Assembly: GCA_017882925.1 (NCBI GenBank)
Contig: JADGOM010000013.1
Span: 1 to 42,255 of the forward strand
Direction: 5' to 3'
DNA length: 42,255 bases
Source of the DNA: Acidimicrobiia bacterium
Lineage (GTDB): Bacteria > Actinomycetota > Acidimicrobiia > IMCC26256 > Chersky-534
The position numbers and the translations under genes are program-made. The notes under the pieces were generated by a model. It had not been told where the DNA came from. It did no database searches and saw nothing but the letters and a program-made list of their open reading frames with translations. This document shows, piece after piece, positions 33,462-41,227 of the stretch (its first letter is position 1; each line of letters starts with the position of its first letter).

Positions 33462-34370
33462 TCAGGTGCGCGGGGCGATCGTGGTGCCCGCGGTGCCTTC
33501 GAGCAGCGCGAGCGCGTCGCCGAGCGCACCGATCCCCGCGGTGCCACCCGAATCGCGGGCGAACCGGCACGCGGCCGCCACCTTGGGTCCCATCGACCCG
33601 GCGGCGAACCCGATCCGCTCCATCGAGTCGGGGTCGGAGGTCCGGATCAGGTGCGCGTCGGCGCGGCCCCAGTCCGCGACGACGCCCTCCACGTCGGTGA
33701 GGAGCAGGAGGCGGTCGGCGCCGAGCCGCGTCGCGAGCAGGGCCGACGTCGCGTCCTTGTCGACCACGGCCTCCACCCCCCGGTAGCCACCTGCCTCGTC
33801 GAGCGTGACCGGCACTCCCCCGCCGCCGGCGCAGACGACCACGATCCCGCGGTCGACGAGGAGCTCGATGGTGTGGAGCTCGACGATCGCCGCGGGCGCG
33901 GGCGACGGCACGACCCGGCGCCAGCGGTCGCCGTCCGGCGCGATGGACCAACCGTGGTCGGCGACGACGCGCAACGCGGCCTCTTGGTCGTAGACGGGCC
34001 CCACCGGCTTCGACGGCTTCGCGAACGCCGGATCCGCCGGATCGACCACCACCTGGGTGAGCAGAGTGGCGACGTCGCGGTCGCGCAGCTCGTTGCCGAT
34101 GGCCTGCTCGAGCAGGTAGCCGATCATGCCTTCGCTCTCGGCGCCGAGGACGTCGAGCGGATACGGCTCGGCGCCGCGGTATGCGGCCGCCTGCAGCGCG
34201 AGCAGGCCGACCTGCGGCCCGTTGCCGTGGGTCACGACCACCCGGTGGTCGCGCGCGAGCTCGGCGATCGCCGCGGCCGCGGTCTTCACGTTGCGGCGCT
34301 GCACCTCGGCGTCGAGCGGCTCACCCCGCCGGAGCAGCGCGTTCCCACCCAGGGCGACGACGATCAGCAT
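33462..34370 (-). CDS. arcC: Carbamate kinase
   Basis: IVVALGGNAL, VVTHGNGPQVG and VVCAGGGGVPV motifs. Overlaps the OTC gene stop by 7 nt. Confidence 0.9.
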   Translation of the reverse strand: MLIVVALGGNALLRRGEPLDAEVQRRNVKTAAAAIAELARDHRVVVTHGNGPQVGLLALQAAAYRGAEPYPLDVLGAESEGMIGYLLEQAIGNELRDRDVATLLTQVVVDPADPAFAKPSKPVGPVYDQEAALRVVADHGWSIAPDGDRWRRVVPSPAPAAIVELHTIELLVDRGIVVVCAGGGGVPVTLDEAGGYRGVEAVVDKDATSALLATRLGADRLLLLTDVEGVVADWGRADAHLIRTSDPDSMERIGFAAGSMGPKVAAACRFARDSGGTAGIGALGDALALLEGTAGTTIAPRT

Positions 34371-35305
34371 CCCGACCCCGTGAGCCGGCCCCGCACCAGC
34401 CCGTGGAGCACGGCCTGCGCGGTCGGCAGCCGGTTCTCCGCCTGGCGGAGCACGATCGACCGCGGCCCGTCGATGACCTCGGGCGCGACCTCGTCGGCCC
34501 GGCGGGCGGGAAGGCAGTGCATGAACCGGGCGTCGTGCGAGGCCTCGGCGAACAGCTCACCGGTCACGCGGTAGGGGGCGAGGGCGAACTCCCGCTCCGG
34601 CTTCTCCGACCCGGGATCGCCCATCGACATCCACGCGTCGGTGTAGACGAAGTCGGCCGCCTTCACCGCGGCGTGGGGATCGTTGACCACCTCGACCCGC
34701 GCGCCCGTCACCGCGGCGATGCGCCGCGCCCGCTCGACCACCTCGTCGGACGGCGCGTACCCGGGGGGCGTCGCGATGGCGATGTCCATGCCCACCAGCG
34801 CCGCGCCTTCGAGGAGGCTGTGGGCGACGTTGTTGCCGTCGCCGAGGTAGGCGAGCTTCAGCCCGGCGAAATCACCGTAGAGCTCGCGGATCGTGAGCAG
34901 GTCGGCGATGCTCTGGCAGGGGTGGTGCCGGTCGGTCAACGCGTTGATCACCGGGATCGTCGCGTGCTCGGCGAACGTCCGCACCTGCTCGTCGTCGGGC
35001 GTGCGGATCACGACCGCGGCGGCGTACTCCGACACGACGCGGGCGGTGTCGGCGGTCGTCTCCGGGTGCCCCATCTGCAGATCGCCCGGCCCGACGACGA
35101 CCGGCGTGCCGCCCATGCGGGCCACCGCGGTCTCGAACGACAGCCGGGTGCGGGTCGACGGCGTGGTCAGGTAGAGGACCACGGTCTCGCCCCGCAGCAG
35201 CTTGTGGTCGATCCGGTGATCGAGCTTCAGCTCCTCGGCGAATGCGAGCAGGTACTCGAGATCGTCGGGGGACAGATCCGCGGTGCGGAGCAGATCCTTC
35301 AACAT
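34364..35305 (-). CDS. argF: Ornithine carbamoyltransferase
   Basis: STRTR, HPCQ, DAWMSMG and HCLPA motifs. GGAGGA lies 5 nt upstream of ATG 35305. A catabolic role (arcB) is suggested only by coupling to arcC. Confidence 0.88.
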   Translation of the reverse strand: MLKDLLRTADLSPDDLEYLLAFAEELKLDHRIDHKLLRGETVVLYLTTPSTRTRLSFETAVARMGGTPVVVGPGDLQMGHPETTADTARVVSEYAAAVVIRTPDDEQVRTFAEHATIPVINALTDRHHPCQSIADLLTIRELYGDFAGLKLAYLGDGNNVAHSLLEGAALVGMDIAIATPPGYAPSDEVVERARRIAAVTGARVEVVNDPHAAVKAADFVYTDAWMSMGDPGSEKPEREFALAPYRVTGELFAEASHDARFMHCLPARRADEVAPEVIDGPRSIVLRQAENRLPTAQAVLHGLVRGRLTGSGC

Positions 35306-35361
35306 GGTGTCCTCCGGTGTTCGCGGCGGACTCCAGAGTGCGACGGCGGGTCCGGGTGTCG

Positions 35362-35381
35362 TCAGGGTCCAAGGTCCCGAA
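35362..35381 (-). promoter_or_regulatory. DosR-box-like motif copy C (tcAGGGtccAAGGTCCCgaa), in the divergent region between the OTC gene and the haem-binding-domain gene
   Basis: Read directly. Lies 57-76 nt upstream of ATG 35305 and 56-75 nt upstream of ATG 35437. It is the most palindromic copy (GGGtCC-AA-GGTCCC) and matches 14 of 20 positions of TTSGGGACTWWAGTCCCSAA. Confidence 0.6.
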
Positions 35382-35436
35382 CCGGCGGGGCCGCGCGGCA
35401 CTATCGCCGTTGCGGCGGGATCGGTAGACCGGAGCC

Positions 35437-35889
35437 ATGAGAAAGCGCCTGCTCATCGTCCTCGCCGCGCTGGTGGCCGCGTTCCTGCTGATACAGCTCG
35501 TCCCCTACCGGGTGACGAACCCGCCCGTCGGCGCGGAGCCGAAGTGGGACAGCCCGCGCACGCGCCAACTCGCGGTCGCGGCGTGCTTCGACTGCCACAG
35601 CAACCAGACCCACACCACCTGGTGGGAAGACGTCGCGCCGCTCTCGTGGTGGATCACCAACCACGTGCGCGACGGCCGCGCCGCACTCAACTTCTCGGAG
35701 TGGGGCTCCTCGCAGGGTGAGGGCGCGGGGGACGCGGCCGAGACGGTGTCGAACGGGTCGATGCCACCGAACTACTACACGTGGCTGGGCATGCACGGCC
35801 CGGCGAGCCTCACGGCCGCGGAGCGCAAGGAGCTCGCCACCGGGCTGCAGAAGACCCTCGGCGGATCGGGGGGCTCCGGAGGCGGCTGA
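35437..35889 (+). CDS. Haem-binding-domain (PF14376-like) protein with an N-terminal signal/anchor
   Basis: MRKRLLIVLAALVAAFLLI signal, CFDCHS (CxxCH) and LNFSEW...GSMPP pattern. Has a Gly/Ser tail. Confidence 0.7.
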   Translation: MRKRLLIVLAALVAAFLLIQLVPYRVTNPPVGAEPKWDSPRTRQLAVAACFDCHSNQTHTTWWEDVAPLSWWITNHVRDGRAALNFSEWGSSQGEGAGDAAETVSNGSMPPNYYTWLGMHGPASLTAAERKELATGLQKTLGGSGGSGGG

Positions 35890-35902
35890 ACCCGCGTCGG
35901 CC

Positions 35903-36319
35903 TCAGGCGCCGCCCGAGGGGCCGAAGCGCTGTCCGGAGACGAGCGTCGGGGCGACCTGGATGAGCTGCGAACGGGCGTCGGCCACCCACGTGGGGTGCA
36001 GGCGCTCGCGGGCCGTCGCGCTCCGGTCCGGGTCGGTGACCGCGTCGGCGAACCCGCGCACGAGCACGCTGTAGCCCATCTCGTCGACCGGGTCGAAGGT
36101 GTCGACCTGCAACGCGACGATGGTGCCCATCGACCCCGACGCCAGGGCGGTGCCGGCCAGCGTGGGGAAGACCACGAAGTCGTCGACGACCGCGAGGAAC
36201 ACGGGGAAGATCGCCGGGAGCGCTTCGATGCTCAGCCCCACCCGCCCGATCGCCGCCGAACGCAGGATGTCGAAGCACTCCGACCTGGACAGCTCGTGGA
36301 GGTGGTGGGTGGTCATCAC
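35903..36319 (-). CDS. Pyridoxamine 5'-phosphate oxidase-fold (PF12900-like) flavin/deazaflavin-binding protein
   Basis: LSRSECFDILRSAAIGRVGL...FPVFLAVVDDFVVF...YSVLVRGFADAVTD pattern. The start is GTG 36319 or the adjacent ATG 36316. Confidence 0.7.
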   Translation of the reverse strand: MMTTHHLHELSRSECFDILRSAAIGRVGLSIEALPAIFPVFLAVVDDFVVFPTLAGTALASGSMGTIVALQVDTFDPVDEMGYSVLVRGFADAVTDPDRSATARERLHPTWVADARSQLIQVAPTLVSGQRFGPSGGA

Positions 36320-36351
36320 CGACCCAGGGTGATGGGCCGCCGCCCGGCCGA

Positions 36352-36371
36352 CCAGGGTCGAAGGACCCGAC
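36352..36371 (-). promoter_or_regulatory. DosR-box-like motif copy F (ccAGGGtcgAAGGaCCCgac), upstream of the PNPOx-fold gene and overlapping the dosR stop
   Basis: Read directly. Lies 33-52 nt upstream of the start at 36319, with one mismatch in the strong half-site. Confidence 0.45.
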
Positions 36372-37039
36372 TACGCGTCGGACCGGGGCTTTGCGCCCCG
36401 GGACACATTGGCCCCGAAGACGGCGGCCTGGGTCCGCCGCTCCATGCCGAGCTTGGCCAGGAGGTTGGAGACGTAGTTCTTCACCGTCTTCTCGGCGAGG
36501 AACATCCGCTCCGCGATCTGGCGGTTGGTGAGCCCCTCGGCGATCAGGGCGAGGATCTTGCGCTCCTGCCCGGTGAGCCGGGCCAGGCGCTCGTCCTCCT
36601 TCGGCGGTTGGCGGACCCGGTCCATGACCCGGCCCACCAGCGTGGGATCGAGCAGCGACTGGCCCGCAGCCACCCGGCGGACCGCGTCGACGATGTCGGT
36701 GCCCCGCACCTGCTTCAGGAGGTAGCCCGAGGCTCCGGCCACGACCGCCTCGAACAGGGCCTCGTCGTCGGAGAACGACGTGAGCATGAGGCACTTGATC
36801 TCGGGGTGCGCGGAACGGACGTCGCGGCAGACCTCGACCCCGGATCCGTCGGGGAGCTGCACGTCGAGGATGGCGACGTGGGGCCGGGTGGGCGGGATGC
36901 GGGCGATCGCCTCCGCCGCCGTGCCCGCCTCGCCGACGACCTCGATCCCGTCGGTTCCCTCGAGCAGCGTGCGCACGCCTTCCCGCACGATCTCGTGATC
37001 GTCGAGCAGGAACACCCGGATCGGCGTGTGGTCATCCAT
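36371..37039 (-). CDS. dosR: NarL/LuxR-family response regulator, DosR/DevR-like
   Basis: Receiver domain RVFLLDDHEIV...VAILDVQLPDGSG, then LTGQERKILALIAEGLTNRQIAERMFLAEKTVKNYVSNLLAKLG HTH. The ATG overlaps the kinase stop by 8 nt. Confidence 0.85.
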   Translation of the reverse strand: MDDHTPIRVFLLDDHEIVREGVRTLLEGTDGIEVVGEAGTAAEAIARIPPTRPHVAILDVQLPDGSGVEVCRDVRSAHPEIKCLMLTSFSDDEALFEAVVAGASGYLLKQVRGTDIVDAVRRVAAGQSLLDPTLVGRVMDRVRQPPKEDERLARLTGQERKILALIAEGLTNRQIAERMFLAEKTVKNYVSNLLAKLGMERRTQAAVFGANVSRGAKPRSDA

Positions 37040-38810
37040 TGCGTCGGTTCCCGTTCCCGTCGAGCGATGTCGGCACCCGCCAGACGATCGTCGTGCCCGC
37101 GCCCGGCTCACTGGTGATCTCGAACGTACCGCTCAACGCCGCGGCCCGGCTCTCGAGGTTGGCCACGCCGCTGCGGCGGTCGTGCCCGGCCTGGAACCCC
37201 ACGCCGTCGTCGGTCACCCGGAGGACGATCTCGTCGGCGACCTGCACCGACACCTCCACGCGGCTCGCTCGCGCGTGCCGGCTCGCGTTCGAAACGGCTT
37301 CCCGGGTGCACGCGACCAGGTGCCGGGCGACGTCGGCGTCGATGGCGGTGTCGACCGGGCCGTCGAAGACCACGTGGGCCTCGAACCCCGCCCGCTCGGC
37401 GTACTCGTTCACCAGGTCGAGGATCTCGACCCGCACGCCCGACTTCGGCGGGGTGGCCAGGCTGAAGATGCTGGTGCGGATCTCCTTGATGGTGGCGTCG
37501 ACCTCGTCGATCGCCTTCGAGATCCGGGGCGCCTGCGAGCCTGCGGCGTCCGCGATCGTCGACTGGAGCAGCATGCCGACGGCGAAGAGGCGCTGGATGA
37601 CGGTGTCGTGCAGATTTCGGCCGATGCGCTCCCGGTCTTCCAGCGTGCGCATGCGGTCGTTGTCGCGCCGGCTGCGGGCGAGCTCGATCGCGAGCGCGGC
37701 CTGCCGGGCGAAGCTCGTGATCACGTCGACGTCCATGTCGGCGAAGGGGCGCCCGCCCTTCGTGTTGTCGACCGACAGCACGCCGAGCACCCGGTCGGCG
37801 CCGCGGAGCGGCACGTAGACGACGGCCCCCGGCTGCAGGGCGGCGATGGCGGGGAGGAAGACCCGGGGATCCTGGGTCGCGTCCTCGACGATGTGCGTGA
37901 CGCCTTCCAGGTAGGCCTGGCCCGCCGCGGTCCCCTCGACCGGCACCGAGATGCCGACGATCTCCTCGGTGTGCTCGCCGTGGGCCGCGACGATCTCGAG
38001 GAGCCGGCCGTCGTCACTGGCGAGCATGACCCGCACCCCGTCGGCGCGGGCGATCGCACCGGCGCGCACCGCGATGTCCTGCAGCACCTCCTCGACCGGT
38101 TCGCCCGCCAGGAGGTTGCGGTTGATGTCGGCGATGGCGTCGATCCACTGCTCGCGCCGGCGCTGCTCGTCGTAGAGCGTCGCGTTCTCGATCGCGACTC
38201 CGGCGGCGATGGCGAGCGCGGAGACCAGCTCGAGGTCGGTGGAGGTGAACTCGTCGGCGCTCTGCTTCTCGCAGAGGTAGAGGTTGCCGAACACCGCCCC
38301 GCGGCTGCGCACCGGCACCCCGAGGAACGACCGCATGGGCGGGTGGTTCGCCGGGAAGCCCACCGATTCCCCGTGCTCGGAGAGGTCGCGCAGCATCAGC
38401 GGCCGGGGGTCGCGCACGAGGAGACCGAGGATGCCGTGACCGCGCGGGAGGGGCCCGATGCGCTCCCGGGTCTCGTCGTCGATGCCGACGGTGATGAACT
38501 CGGAGAGCTGCCGGTCGGCGCCGATCACGCCGAGCGCGCCGTACCGGGCGTCGACCAGGCGGCACGCGCCCTCGACGATGGCCCGAAGAACCTCGGGGAG
38601 GCTGAGGCCGGTGCCGACGGCGACGACTGCGTCGAGCAGCACCTGGAACCGGCCGACGGCGCCGAGCGCCGCGTTGGTCCGCACCCCGAGCTCGGCGACG
38701 AGCTCCTCGAGCTGGAGATGGGCCGCGTCGAGTCGGGGTGGGGCCGAGGCATCGCCAAGCTGGTCTCTCGGGTCCACGTATTCCCTCCGCAGACAAACCT
38801 CGGGCGCCAC
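37032..38810 (-). CDS. dosS: GAF-GAF-HisKA_3-HATPase sensor histidine kinase, DosS/DosT (DevS)-like haem sensor
   Basis: GAF-A segment GFPANHPPMRSFLGVPVRSRGAVFGNLYLCEK aligns with the mycobacterial DosS/DosT haem pocket, with the proximal His in HPPM conserved. H-box RIGRNLHDTVIQRLFAVG. C-terminal ATPase domain. Confidence 0.85.
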   Translation of the reverse strand: MAPEVCLRREYVDPRDQLGDASAPPRLDAAHLQLEELVAELGVRTNAALGAVGRFQVLLDAVVAVGTGLSLPEVLRAIVEGACRLVDARYGALGVIGADRQLSEFITVGIDDETRERIGPLPRGHGILGLLVRDPRPLMLRDLSEHGESVGFPANHPPMRSFLGVPVRSRGAVFGNLYLCEKQSADEFTSTDLELVSALAIAAGVAIENATLYDEQRRREQWIDAIADINRNLLAGEPVEEVLQDIAVRAGAIARADGVRVMLASDDGRLLEIVAAHGEHTEEIVGISVPVEGTAAGQAYLEGVTHIVEDATQDPRVFLPAIAALQPGAVVYVPLRGADRVLGVLSVDNTKGGRPFADMDVDVITSFARQAALAIELARSRRDNDRMRTLEDRERIGRNLHDTVIQRLFAVGMLLQSTIADAAGSQAPRISKAIDEVDATIKEIRTSIFSLATPPKSGVRVEILDLVNEYAERAGFEAHVVFDGPVDTAIDADVARHLVACTREAVSNASRHARASRVEVSVQVADEIVLRVTDDGVGFQAGHDRRSGVANLESRAAALSGTFEITSEPGAGTTIVWRVPTSLDGNGNRRNG

Positions 38811-38919
38811 GCCTTGACGCCGACGTGCTCCGATCCACGATCTGGCTGCAACTTAGCCGCCGAAGCGTTCCAACGGCGCCAAACCCGACACTCGCCCCGT
38901 CCCGTCGCAGCCCGGGTCG

Positions 38920-38939
38920 GTCGTGACCTTCGGCCCTGG
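38920..38939 (+). promoter_or_regulatory. DosR-box-like motif copy E (gtcGtGACCTTcggCCCTgg), in the dosS / Rv2004c-like divergent region
   Basis: Read directly. Lies 67-86 nt upstream of ATG 39006 and 110-129 nt upstream of the dosS start, with one mismatch (GTGAC for GGGAC). Confidence 0.5.
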
Positions 38940-38965
38940 GAGGCGGCGGATCCTTCCGGGATCCT

Positions 38966-39004
38966 CAGGAGGTCCCGACAGGAGGTCCCGACAGGAGGGC
39001 CCGC
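38966..39004 (+). repeat. Three tandem copies of a 13-bp unit caggaggtcccga (third copy caggagggcccgc), ending 1 nt before the ATG
   Basis: Units at 38966..38978, 38979..38991 and 38992..39004. Each contains AGGAGG, and only the last is at SD distance. Preceded by the palindrome ggatcc-ttccg-ggatcc at 38948..38964. Confidence 0.8.
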
Positions 39005-39005
39005 A

Positions 39006-40556
39006 ATGCCCGATCGCCCCGTCCCCCGATCCCCGCCCACGGTCCACGAGACCCACGTCTCGACGGTCTTCCTGGTCGGCGACCACGCGGCCAAGCTCAA
39101 GAAGCCGGTCCGCTTCCCGTTCCTCGACCTCTCGACCCGGGAGGCCCGCGAGCGGATGTGCCACCGCGAGGTGGAGCTCAACCGCCGGCTCAGCCCCGAC
39201 GTGTACCTGGGCGTGTTCGACATCGTCGGGCCCGACGGCGCGCCGCGCGACCACCTCGTGGTGATGCGGCGGATGCCCGACGGCCGCCGGCTGAGCTACC
39301 TGGTGCGGGCGGGCAAGGTGCCACCGGGTGCGCTGCAGGAGCTCGCCCACGTCATCGCGTCGTTCCACAGCCGGGCCGAGTCGTCCGACACGATCGACGC
39401 CGCCGCGACCCGCGACGCGATCGCCGGGCGCTGGGAGACCGGGTTCACCGAGATGGCGCCGCTGATCGTCACGCCCGGGGCGAAGGCGCTCGAGGACGAG
39501 ATCGAGGCCCGCGCCCGGCGCTACCTCGCGGGGCGGGAGGCGATCTTCGCGGCGCGCATCGACGAGGGCCGAATCCGCGACGGGCACGGCGACCTCCTGG
39601 CCGACGACGTGTTCATGCTCGACGACGGACCGCGCATCCTCGACTGCCTGGAGTTCGACGACGAGCTCCGGTACGGCGACACGCTGGCCGACATCGCGTT
39701 CCTGGCCATGGACCTCGAGCGCCTCGGCGCGCCCGGGCTCGCCCGGGAGCTCCTCACGTTCCACCGGGGGTACGGCGACGATTCGTACCCCGAAACGCTC
39801 GCCCACCAGTACATCGCCCTCCGCGCGCACATCCGGGCCAAGGTCGAAGGACTGCGGGCCGATCAGGGCGCGCCGGCCGCGGGGGAGACCGCGCGCGATC
39901 TCCTCGAGCTCGCGGCCGCCCACCTCCGGCGGACGCGGGTGGCACTCGTGCTCGTCGGCGGCGCCCCCGGAACCGGGAAGTCGACCCTCGCCGCCGCGCT
40001 CGCCACCGAGCTCGACATGGTGACGCTGCGCACCGACGAGGTGCGCAAGGACCTGGCGGGGATGGGGCACCTCGAGCGGGCCGGCGCCGGGCTCGACCAC
40101 GGCATCTACAGCGAGGACCACACGCACGCGACCTACGCGGAGATCCTCGACCGCGCCCGAGCGTTGCTGGAGGTGGGCGAATCGGTGGTGCTCGACGCGT
40201 CGTGGGCCGACGAGGAGTTCCGCGTCGCCGCCCGCGCACTCGCGGAGGAGACGGTGTCGGATCTGGTCGAGCTCCGGTGCGCGGTCGCAGAGGACATCGC
40301 GGCCGAGCGCATCGAGGCCCGCGCCCGGCGCGGCGACGACCCGTCGGACGTCACGCCCGAGATCGGCACCCAGATCGGCCGCCGGTTCGACCCGTGGCCG
40401 CAGGCGGTCACGATCCCGACCGACGGCTCCCGCTCCGATGCGATGGAGGTCGCGCTCGCCGCGTTCCGCGACGCGGATCCGATCGCGCGGAGCGCGACCT
40501 GCCGCGCGAACGGGACCTTCAGCCCTACTGGCCCGGCCGCGACGTCCGTACGTTGA
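39006..40556 (+). CDS. Bifunctional aminoglycoside-phosphotransferase-like kinase / P-loop ATP-binding protein (Rv2004c-like architecture)
   Basis: N-terminal APH/protein-kinase-like fold (HGDLLADDVF catalytic loop, DCLEFDDELRYGD) plus a C-terminal Walker A LVGGAPGTGKST domain. Only the last 516 aa of the 1176-aa track ORF are credible. Confidence 0.8.
   Translation: MPDRPVPRSPPTVHETHVSTVFLVGDHAAKLKKPVRFPFLDLSTREARERMCHREVELNRRLSPDVYLGVFDIVGPDGAPRDHLVVMRRMPDGRRLSYLVRAGKVPPGALQELAHVIASFHSRAESSDTIDAAATRDAIAGRWETGFTEMAPLIVTPGAKALEDEIEARARRYLAGREAIFAARIDEGRIRDGHGDLLADDVFMLDDGPRILDCLEFDDELRYGDTLADIAFLAMDLERLGAPGLARELLTFHRGYGDDSYPETLAHQYIALRAHIRAKVEGLRADQGAPAAGETARDLLELAAAHLRRTRVALVLVGGAPGTGKSTLAAALATELDMVTLRTDEVRKDLAGMGHLERAGAGLDHGIYSEDHTHATYAEILDRARALLEVGESVVLDASWADEEFRVAARALAEETVSDLVELRCAVAEDIAAERIEARARRGDDPSDVTPEIGTQIGRRFDPWPQAVTIPTDGSRSDAMEVALAAFRDADPIARSATCRANGTFSPTGPAATSVR
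40509..40528 (+). promoter_or_regulatory. DosR-box-like motif copy D (aacGGGACCTTcagCCCTac), upstream of the flavodoxin-like gene and inside the 3' end of the preceding CDS
   Basis: Read directly; 63-82 nt upstream of ATG 40591. Confidence 0.5.
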
Positions 40557-40590
40557 GCTGACCAGTCGAAGTGCGTCCGGAGGTCGGGAC

Positions 40591-41166
40591 ATGCGAGCAG
40601 TGGTGGTCTACGAGTCGATGTACGGCAACACGCACCACGTGGCCAACGCGATCGCGACCGGGCTGGGGCTCGGACTCGGGCTCGACGCCCAGGTGGTCGT
40701 GGTCCCGGTGAACGCCGCGATCCGCGAGACGATCGAACGGGCCGACCTCCTCGTGGTCGGCGGCCCGACCCACGTCCACGGCATGAGCCGCGAGAGCACG
40801 CGCCAGTCGGCGATCGAGACCGCGCACAAGCCCGAGTCCGAGCTCGAGATCGACCCCGACGCCGAGGGACCCGGCATCCGCGACTGGTTCGAGACCATCG
40901 ACCGCTTCGAGGGCCGTGCCGCCGCGTTCGACACCCGCCTCGACGGGCCCACCCTGCTCACCGGACGCGCGTCGAAGGGCATCGCCCACCAGCTCCGCAA
41001 GCACGGTGCCGCGCTCATCGCCGATCCCGAGAGCTTCCTGGTCACCAAGGACAACCACCTCGAGCCCGCGGAGGACGCGCGGGCCCGCGATTGGGGTTCC
41101 GAGCTCGCCCGCCTCACGACCGCGGGTGTGCCGGCCTCGGCGGGGGCCCGCTCGAAGACCCGATGA
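40591..41166 (+). CDS. Flavodoxin-like fold protein
   Basis: MRAVVVYESMYGNTHHVA N-terminal FMN-phosphate loop and LLVVGGPTH. GGAGG lies 7 nt upstream of the ATG. Confidence 0.75.
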   Translation: MRAVVVYESMYGNTHHVANAIATGLGLGLGLDAQVVVVPVNAAIRETIERADLLVVGGPTHVHGMSRESTRQSAIETAHKPESELEIDPDAEGPGIRDWFETIDRFEGRAAAFDTRLDGPTLLTGRASKGIAHQLRKHGAALIADPESFLVTKDNHLEPAEDARARDWGSELARLTTAGVPASAGARSKTR

Positions 41167-41227
41167 CGGTCCCGCCGTACCGGCGGCCCGGTCATCGGGC
41201 CCCGGCACCGGCGGTGATACTGGGCCC

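Noticed and set aside
33462-35305. Complete arginine deiminase (ADI) pathway
   Set aside because: Only OTC and carbamate kinase are present. No arcA or arcD-like ORF is present in the window, so I do not call an ADI operon.
38966-39004. Possible CRISPR or mini-satellite
   Set aside because: It is only three directly abutting 13-bp units with no spacers, far too short for CRISPR. It is reported as a leader tandem repeat instead.
37026-39005. N-terminal 660 aa of the 1176-aa + strand ORF 37026..40556
   Set aside because: It is antisense to the dosS kinase gene. The credible protein starts at ATG 39006, which has a well-placed AGGAGG.
38853-40592. 579-aa minus-strand ORF
   Set aside because: It is antisense to the Rv2004c-like gene, with Arg/Gly/Pro-rich sequence and no motifs.
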